This document shows positions 58,251-64,000 of a DNA stretch of 64,000 nt, piece after piece; within the stretch, counting starts at the first letter, position 1, and every line of letters begins with the position of its first letter. The position numbers and the translations under genes are program-made. The DNA is from a virus. The stretch is taken from IMG/VR virus record IMGVR_UViG_3300023184_003849, positions 57,847 to 121,846 of that record; one strand, given 5' to 3'. Below the pieces are notes generated by a model, which was not told the DNA's origin, searched no databases, and saw only the letters and a list, made by a program, of their open reading frames with translations.

Positions 58251-60392
58251 ATGGCCACATCCTTAACCCCAGAAGAAATTCAAGCCGCATTTGATCAATT
58301 CAATACAGAATTCAATCGAACTGGCAAAGTCAGTAAAGAAACAGCAGAAGCCTTTGCTGATGCCAAAGCCGGCATCAAAAACTACACCTATCAACTGAAT
58401 CTCAGCCTAAAACAACTGGGCACTTCAATGTTGAACTTTGGCGAGGCCCTGAAAGACGGCAAACAAGGTGCATCGGTCTACAACGACAGTATCAAAGCAG
58501 GTGCCGACGCAATTGATGCATTTGCCGCCAAATTTGGTATCTTGGGCAGGATCATTGGTGCCGTGGCCACAGCCGGTGCTAGATATGTGGTAGAAGTCAA
58601 CAAGCAAAGTGACAAACTGTTCGAAAGTTATCAGTCACTCAGCAAGTTTGGTGCTGCCAGTGCTTCGGGCATGAGTGGTGTGTTCCAAAGCATGCAGGAC
58701 TTTGGCTACAATATTGAACAACTGGGCGACTTTGGTAATCTTATCAAACAAAATGCAGAGTCATTGGCCTTGATGAGTGGAACAGTAAATCAAGGCACTC
58801 AAGCATTTACCAATGTAGCCAAAGGAATTCAAAGAAGCGGCCTGCAAACAGAATTCCTGCGCATGGGCATGACTGTGAATGATATCAATTCGGGCATGGG
58901 CGGGTATCTTAGAATACAAACACTCACAGGAGCCGCACAGCGCAAGACCACAGGCGAACTCACACAAGGTGCCGCAGAGTATATCAAAAATCTGGATCTG
59001 TTGTCTAAACTCACAGGCAAAAACGCAGAAACAATTCAACAAGAACGCGAAGCCAGAATGATGGAACAGCGATTTGTTGCTGTGCAAATGGAACTAGAAG
59101 ACAAAGCCGCACAGGCCAGACTTGCTGGTAATGAGGCACAGGCCAAGGCATTTGAAACACAAAAAGCATTAAATGATCAACTAATAGACAGGGCACCAAC
59201 ACAAGAACTGAAAACAGCGATTATAGGTGCTATGACCGGATTTGCAGGCACCAACAAAGAAGCAGAAAAACTTTTGAGAACTGCACCAGGTGCATTTCAA
59301 GCAATAGCCAGACAAAGTGGCGAGGCACCGGGTGCAATACTTGACATGATTGCCACAGAAGGAGAACAAAGAAGGCGCGAATTTACAGGATTGGCCAAAG
59401 TTGGTGGATTTGACGAAGTGTTTACGCAATTGGGATCAATTAACAAACTTCGCAAAGACAATCTTGAGCAAGAAAAGATAGCCGCAGAAGAGGCAAAAGA
59501 TCAAAGGAAAAATTTAGACAAGGCCACTGAAGCACAAGTGGGACTGCGTCAGGAACAGATGGAAGCAACTCGTGCGCTTCAGACCTTTATAAATCAAGGT
59601 GTAAATCGTACCACCAGGGCTATGTCAAATCTCAGTGGTGCTATTGAAACTGTAACTAGCAAAATACCCGGCACAGGTCCTACCACAGGCACCACGGGCA
59701 CTGGACGGGGTAACGAAGCAGTGGGTGGCACAGCCAGCATGGTCAATCAGACCACTACCATACTGAATCAGGCTGGTCAAGTGGTGGAACAGCGTCAAGG
59801 TGGCAACCGCAACTGGCGCAACAACAATCCGGGCAATATTGAATATGGACCTTTTGCGATCAGCATGGGTGCCACTGGCAGTGATGGCAGATTTGCCATA
59901 TTCCCTACCATGGACATGGGATACAAAGCCGCTGATGCACTCATGAAAGGCAAGAACTATCAAAATCTCAGCATTGCTGATGCTATCAAACGCTGGGCTC
60001 CTCCTAATGAAAATGACACCAGAGCCTATCAACAGAGATTCCAGGCAGCAGGATTTGATCTAAACAAACGCTACAGTGACCTTTCTCCAGTAGAACAACG
60101 CAGATATTTAGAAACCAAGATGATGGTAGAAGGGGGCAAAGCCGGCACAGTCACAGCAGGCCCTGGAGGCACAATGTCGGGACCTGTTGACCGTTATGCA
60201 TCTTCGTTGAGAAACGTGGACACCAATATAGCCAGTGCCCAAGCCTCAACTGAAACTTCATCTGCAATCAACAATGCTAGAAATCAAAATGATCTAATTG
60301 TGATACAAATAGCCAAAATGGATGAACTGATTGGGCTTATGAAAGCCAATAATTCTATCAACAGCAAGATACTGCAACGAGCACGTAACTAA
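58251..60392 (+). CDS. Tape-measure-like protein with C-terminal virion-associated muralytic domain
   Basis: Start moved to ATG 58251; long Ala/Gln-rich helical region; RNNNPGNI..GRFAIF..G..A..Y..I..RWAP..ENDT..Y. Confidence 0.7.
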   Translation: MATSLTPEEIQAAFDQFNTEFNRTGKVSKETAEAFADAKAGIKNYTYQLNLSLKQLGTSMLNFGEALKDGKQGASVYNDSIKAGADAIDAFAAKFGILGRIIGAVATAGARYVVEVNKQSDKLFESYQSLSKFGAASASGMSGVFQSMQDFGYNIEQLGDFGNLIKQNAESLALMSGTVNQGTQAFTNVAKGIQRSGLQTEFLRMGMTVNDINSGMGGYLRIQTLTGAAQRKTTGELTQGAAEYIKNLDLLSKLTGKNAETIQQEREARMMEQRFVAVQMELEDKAAQARLAGNEAQAKAFETQKALNDQLIDRAPTQELKTAIIGAMTGFAGTNKEAEKLLRTAPGAFQAIARQSGEAPGAILDMIATEGEQRRREFTGLAKVGGFDEVFTQLGSINKLRKDNLEQEKIAAEEAKDQRKNLDKATEAQVGLRQEQMEATRALQTFINQGVNRTTRAMSNLSGAIETVTSKIPGTGPTTGTTGTGRGNEAVGGTASMVNQTTTILNQAGQVVEQRQGGNRNWRNNNPGNIEYGPFAISMGATGSDGRFAIFPTMDMGYKAADALMKGKNYQNLSIADAIKRWAPPNENDTRAYQQRFQAAGFDLNKRYSDLSPVEQRRYLETKMMVEGGKAGTVTAGPGGTMSGPVDRYASSLRNVDTNIASAQASTETSSAINNARNQNDLIVIQIAKMDELIGLMKANNSINSKILQRARN

Positions 60393-60395
60393 CAC

Positions 60396-60401
60396 TAAAT
60401 A
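60396..60401 (+). promoter_or_regulatory. Late promoter core TAAATA
   Basis: 7 nt upstream of the portal ATG, no SD. Confidence 0.6.
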
Positions 60402-60408
60402 ACACACT

Positions 60409-62187
60409 ATGGCTGGATGGCGAAAATATTTCAAAGTGGCTGACCTCTCAGGTCAAATGAGCCCAATTTCGGGCGGCAGAGATTCAGGACTGCCGGGTTA
60501 TCCCCGCAACGATGGCCGCGGAACCAATCTGGCGCAGACAGATTTTGCGTTTCGCAACTATGCAAGTCGATTGCCTGAAGTGTATTCAGGACACCCAAAT
60601 CGTATTGAACGTTACAATCAGTACGAAAACATGGATGCAGACTCAGAAGTCAATGCCTGTTTAGACATCATTGCTGAGTTCTCCACACAACTCAGTGAAG
60701 ACAACAACACACCTTTTGAAATTGTCTACAACGACGAGCCCACTGATCACGAAATAGAAATCATCCGCAAGCAGATGCAACAGTGGACCAAACTCAACAA
60801 ACTGGATCAGCGCATATTCAAACTGTTCCGCAACACCATCAAGTACGGTGATCAAGTGTTTGTGCGTGACCCAGAAACATTTGAAATGTACTGGGTAGAC
60901 ATGAGCAAGGTCAGCCGAGTGATTGTGAACGAATCAGAAGGCAAACGCCCTGAACAGTACATCATTCGTGATATCAATCCCAACTTTCAAAACTTGACTG
61001 TGGCAGCCAAGACCACTACAGACTTCATGGTCAACCCACCCACCGGCGGTGGCTACAATCAAGGTTCAGGCTATACCATGCCCAACACTGCCATGACAGG
61101 TACCAGCAGATTCAGTCGTGCTGTGAACGAGACCTGTATTGATGCCAAGCACGTGGTACATCTAAGCATGAACGAAGGCTTAGACACATTCTGGCCTTTT
61201 GGTAAAAGTATCCTGGAAAACATTTTCAAAGTATTCAAGCAAAAAGAACTCTTAGAAGATGCCCTGTTGATCTATCGTGTGCAACGTGCTCCAGAGCGCA
61301 GAGTTTTCAAGATTGACGTGGGCAACATGCCCAGCCACTTGGCCATGGCCTTTGTGGAGCGGGTGAAAAATGAAATGCACCAGCGCAGAATTCCCACATT
61401 TGGTGGCGGCGGTGGCAACATCATGGATTCAAGTTACAATCCACTGAGCATCAACGAAGACTTCTTTTTCCCCACAGGTGCAGACGGACGTGGATCGTCA
61501 GTGGACGTGTTGCCCGGCGGTCAAAATCTAGGCGAAATCGACGATTTAAAGTACTTCAACAACAAAATGGCACGTGGTCTACGTGTGCCTTCAAGTTATT
61601 TGCCCACTGCTCCTGATGATTCTGAGCGCACCATGCAGGACGGCAAAGTGGGCACTGCCTTGATACAAGAATACAGATTCAACCAGTATTGCGAGCGACT
61701 ACAAGCCCTGATCATGCAGAAACTAGACGATGAATTCAAGATGTTTCTGCGCTGGAGAGGCTTTAACATCGACGCTGGCCTGTTCCAACTGAAATTTAAT
61801 CCACCACAAAACTTTGCTAGTTATCGTCAAGCAGAGATGGACACAGCACGTATCAGCAGTTTTACCAGTCTAGAAGCCTTGCCCTACATGTCAAAACGCT
61901 TTATGCTGGAACGTTTCTTGGGTCTCAGCAAGGACGAAATTGAAAAGAACGAAACCATGTGGCGTGAAGAGCGTGATCAACCCGAACTGCAAACCACACA
62001 GGGACAGGATCTGCGTTCAATCGGTATCACACCAGCCGGCATGGAAACTGACATTGCCACCGGAGAAGAAATGGCCAATTTACAGGCACCTGGCGCTGAA
62101 GGAGCAGTACCAGCAGCCCCTGCTGGCGCTGTGGGTGGCACTGTTCCTGGCGTTCAAGCACCCGCTGCCACACCCGCAGGATTATAA
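60409..62187 (+). CDS. gp20: Portal vertex protein
   Basis: RY.QYE.MD.D.EV..ALD-like segment, LLEDALLIYRVQRAPERRVFKIDVGNMP, EDFFFP, LPGGQNLGEIDD..YF. Confidence 0.93.
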   Translation: MAGWRKYFKVADLSGQMSPISGGRDSGLPGYPRNDGRGTNLAQTDFAFRNYASRLPEVYSGHPNRIERYNQYENMDADSEVNACLDIIAEFSTQLSEDNNTPFEIVYNDEPTDHEIEIIRKQMQQWTKLNKLDQRIFKLFRNTIKYGDQVFVRDPETFEMYWVDMSKVSRVIVNESEGKRPEQYIIRDINPNFQNLTVAAKTTTDFMVNPPTGGGYNQGSGYTMPNTAMTGTSRFSRAVNETCIDAKHVVHLSMNEGLDTFWPFGKSILENIFKVFKQKELLEDALLIYRVQRAPERRVFKIDVGNMPSHLAMAFVERVKNEMHQRRIPTFGGGGGNIMDSSYNPLSINEDFFFPTGADGRGSSVDVLPGGQNLGEIDDLKYFNNKMARGLRVPSSYLPTAPDDSERTMQDGKVGTALIQEYRFNQYCERLQALIMQKLDDEFKMFLRWRGFNIDAGLFQLKFNPPQNFASYRQAEMDTARISSFTSLEALPYMSKRFMLERFLGLSKDEIEKNETMWREERDQPELQTTQGQDLRSIGITPAGMETDIATGEEMANLQAPGAEGAVPAAPAGAVGGTVPGVQAPAATPAGL

Positions 62188-62190
62188 ATA
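62183..62190 (+). promoter_or_regulatory. Perfect T4 late promoter TATAAATA overlapping the portal stop codon
   Basis: TATAAATA-CACC-ATG (62195). Confidence 0.7.
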
Positions 62191-62194
62191 CACC

Positions 62195-62413
62195 ATGATC
62201 CTGAATGAAATTTACGAGCGTGCGCCCCAAGGCTACCAAGATGTTGCAGCCGACAACACACAGCCTCACCTGGGCCAACTGCGTAAAACCAAACTCACTC
62301 TCAAGCAGTTGAACAAACTGCGCCGCATGCAAGATACTCGCACCTACGAGTACGCAGAAAAACTCAAATTGATACGCAAACAGTATGCACCGCCAGCACA
62401 GCCTGCGATGTAA
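62195..62413 (+). CDS. Small head-module protein (72 aa)
   Basis: MILNEIY..RKTKLTLKQLNKLRRM; start set at the ATG after the late promoter rather than 61940. Confidence 0.7.
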   Translation: MILNEIYERAPQGYQDVAADNTQPHLGQLRKTKLTLKQLNKLRRMQDTRTYEYAEKLKLIRKQYAPPAQPAM

Positions 62414-62472
62414 AAAAACTGTCATTTATCCTAAAAAACCCACCATAAACCGCTTAGTTTTTGCCTCTTAAG

Positions 62473-62529
62473 TAAATATAGGTATAGATCTGCCATGCGG
62501 GCAGAACTACCCAACACACCCTTTAGGAG
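62473..62529 (+). promoter_or_regulatory. Late promoter, 5' UTR hairpin and RBS
   Basis: TAAATA 62473-62478; TCTGCC/GGCAGA stem 62489-62505; AGGAG 62525-62529. Confidence 0.55.
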
Positions 62530-62534
62530 ACATT

Positions 62535-63368
62535 ATGAGCAAGAACCGTTTTGAACAATTGATCGAATACGTGATCAATGATGAAGAAGCCAAGGCCAAA
62601 GAACTTTTCCACCAAATTGTTGTGGAAAAAAGCCGCGCTATCTATGAAGACCTCATGGACGAAGAAGCCAAAGAGGAACAAGAAGAAAGTGTAGAAGAAG
62701 ATCTTGAAGAAGACAACGCTATGGGCATGGAGCCCACCGAGGTTGACACAGATGTAAGTGAAACCATGGGCGGCAGTCAAGCGCAAGACATGATCGATGA
62801 CGTTCAAGCCGAAGAACAAGGCATGAGCGAAGATGACAGCGAGTTTGATGACGAGGCTGAAAAAGCCGGCAAAGACCTCACACACGACATTGAAGACGAA
62901 CATGACGACGGTGATCTAGAAAATCGCGTGGTTGATCTAGAAGACAAACTAGACGAACTCATGGCAGAATTTGAAGCCATGATGGACGGTGACGGTGGTG
63001 ACATGGGCGACACACCCGACATGACCGACATTGAAGTACAAGACGATGAGTTTGAAACAGAAGGCGCCATGCCCATGGAAGAGGCCATCAACCTCAAGCA
63101 AGTACACCCAAAAACCACAACCAGTGAAGAAGGTAACGGCAAAGCAGGTCCTGTGGCATTCAACAGCGGCAAGACAGGCATGGCAGGTGCTCCAGTCAAA
63201 ATGACCGGTGACACAGCACAAGGTCGTCCTGCACCAACAACCAAGGACTTGATCGGCAAAGTAGGCAACACACCTGCTCAAGGCACACAAGATCCCAAGG
63301 CAGCACCCAAGCCAGTTACTGGTCAAGCCGCAGGCGTGAACACACGTTCACCATTGCCAAAGGCCTAA
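62535..63368 (+). CDS. Acidic prohead core/scaffold-like protein
   Basis: Very D/E-rich, LENRVVDLEDKLDELMAEFE coil; lies between portal and protease. Confidence 0.7.
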   Translation: MSKNRFEQLIEYVINDEEAKAKELFHQIVVEKSRAIYEDLMDEEAKEEQEESVEEDLEEDNAMGMEPTEVDTDVSETMGGSQAQDMIDDVQAEEQGMSEDDSEFDDEAEKAGKDLTHDIEDEHDDGDLENRVVDLEDKLDELMAEFEAMMDGDGGDMGDTPDMTDIEVQDDEFETEGAMPMEEAINLKQVHPKTTTSEEGNGKAGPVAFNSGKTGMAGAPVKMTGDTAQGRPAPTTKDLIGKVGNTPAQGTQDPKAAPKPVTGQAAGVNTRSPLPKA

Positions 63369-63374
63369 ACTGCG

Positions 63375-64000
63375 ATGAGATACTTACAAGAGCATTTGAA
63401 CTTTAATCAGGCCAAGATTCGCGTCTTGGTCGAAGATGCTCCTGACGGCAAAGGCCCATTCAACGGAAAAAACCTGTACATGGAGGGTATCTGTATCGAA
63501 GGCGGAGTAAAAAACGCCAACGAACGTGTGTACCCTGTGCATGAAATTGCCAAGGCTGTGGACACCATCAACAAACAAGTTATGGAAGGCTACAGCGTCA
63601 TGGGCGAAGTTGATCACCCTGAAGATCTCAAAATCAACTTGGATCGTGTGAGTCATACCATTGACAAAATGTGGATGGATGGCCCTTGCGGTTATGGCAA
63701 GTTGAGAATTATTCCAACACCCATGGGACAACTGGTCAAGACCATGTTGGATTCGGGTGTCAAACTCGGAGTTTCGAGCCGTGGTTCCGGCAACGTGAAC
63801 GACGGCAACGGACATGTCAGTGACTTTGAAATTGTCACTGTTGATGTTGTTGCTCAACCCAGTGCACCACATGCTTATCCCAAGGCCATCTATGAAGGAC
63901 TTCTCAACATGAAGTACGGACACAGAATCCTGGAAGTGGCAAGAGACGCTGGCAAGGACAGCAAGGTACAGAGATATTTGCAGAACGAGGTCACTCGTTT
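63375..64000 (+). CDS. gp21: Prohead core protease (partial, runs off the window)
   Basis: Manual translation: LYMEGICIEGGVKNANERVYP, GEVDHP, INLDRVSH, TPMG, LGVSSRGSG, VDVVAQPSAP. Confidence 0.92.
   Translation, partial: MRYLQEHLNFNQAKIRVLVEDAPDGKGPFNGKNLYMEGICIEGGVKNANERVYPVHEIAKAVDTINKQVMEGYSVMGEVDHPEDLKINLDRVSHTIDKMWMDGPCGYGKLRIIPTPMGQLVKTMLDSGVKLGVSSRGSGNVNDGNGHVSDFEIVTVDVVAQPSAPHAYPKAIYEGLLNMKYGHRILEVARDAGKDSKVQRYLQNEVTR

Noticed and set aside
61940-62194. Extended start of the 157-aa ORF inside the portal gene
   Set aside because: A perfect late promoter precedes ATG 62195
62523-63923. Antisense ORFs of 125-179 aa opposite scaffold and protease (and similar shadow ORFs across the window)
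   Set aside because: Mirror frames of biased coding sequence; the plus-strand products have clear phage motifs
1-64000. CRISPR array, tRNA genes, integrase or transposase
   Set aside because: No regularly spaced repeats, cloverleaf or recombinase motifs seen by eye; a tRNAscan/CRISPR finder run would be the definitive test
1-64000. Stop-codon reassignment as seen in some jumbo phages
   Set aside because: Genes are full length in the standard code and TAA, TAG and TGA all end genes

Overview
This 64-kb window comes from a large T4-superfamily (myovirus, jumbo-type) dsDNA bacteriophage read in the standard genetic code. 1-19.7 kb is a mostly minus-strand enzyme island: five radical SAM paralogs with N-terminal Fe-S (twitch/SPASM-like) domains, five GT10-like and four GT-A-like glycosyltransferase candidates, a NodU/CmcH carbamoyltransferase and a truncated DegT aminotransferase. 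19.7-47.7 kb is a minus-strand tail fibre/baseplate module that includes a 4155-aa wedge protein. 47.8-56.7 kb holds the late sigma factor gp55, the gp47/gp46 recombination nuclease, an AT-rich cassette (two radical SAMs, an SDR, a B12-dependent radical SAM) and a GIY-YIG nuclease. 56.75-57.17 kb is the only large non-coding gap, and it is packed with helices (candidate structured ncRNA and/or ssDNA origin). It is followed by a gp26/gp51-like pair joined by a likely -1 frameshift, a tape-measure-like protein with a muralytic domain, portal, prohead core proteins and the start of the prohead protease. The best leads are the GIY-YIG-linked structured element, the phage-encoded glycan-tailoring enzyme set, and the frameshift. 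All family assignments come from motif recognition by eye; no database searches or folding programs were run.
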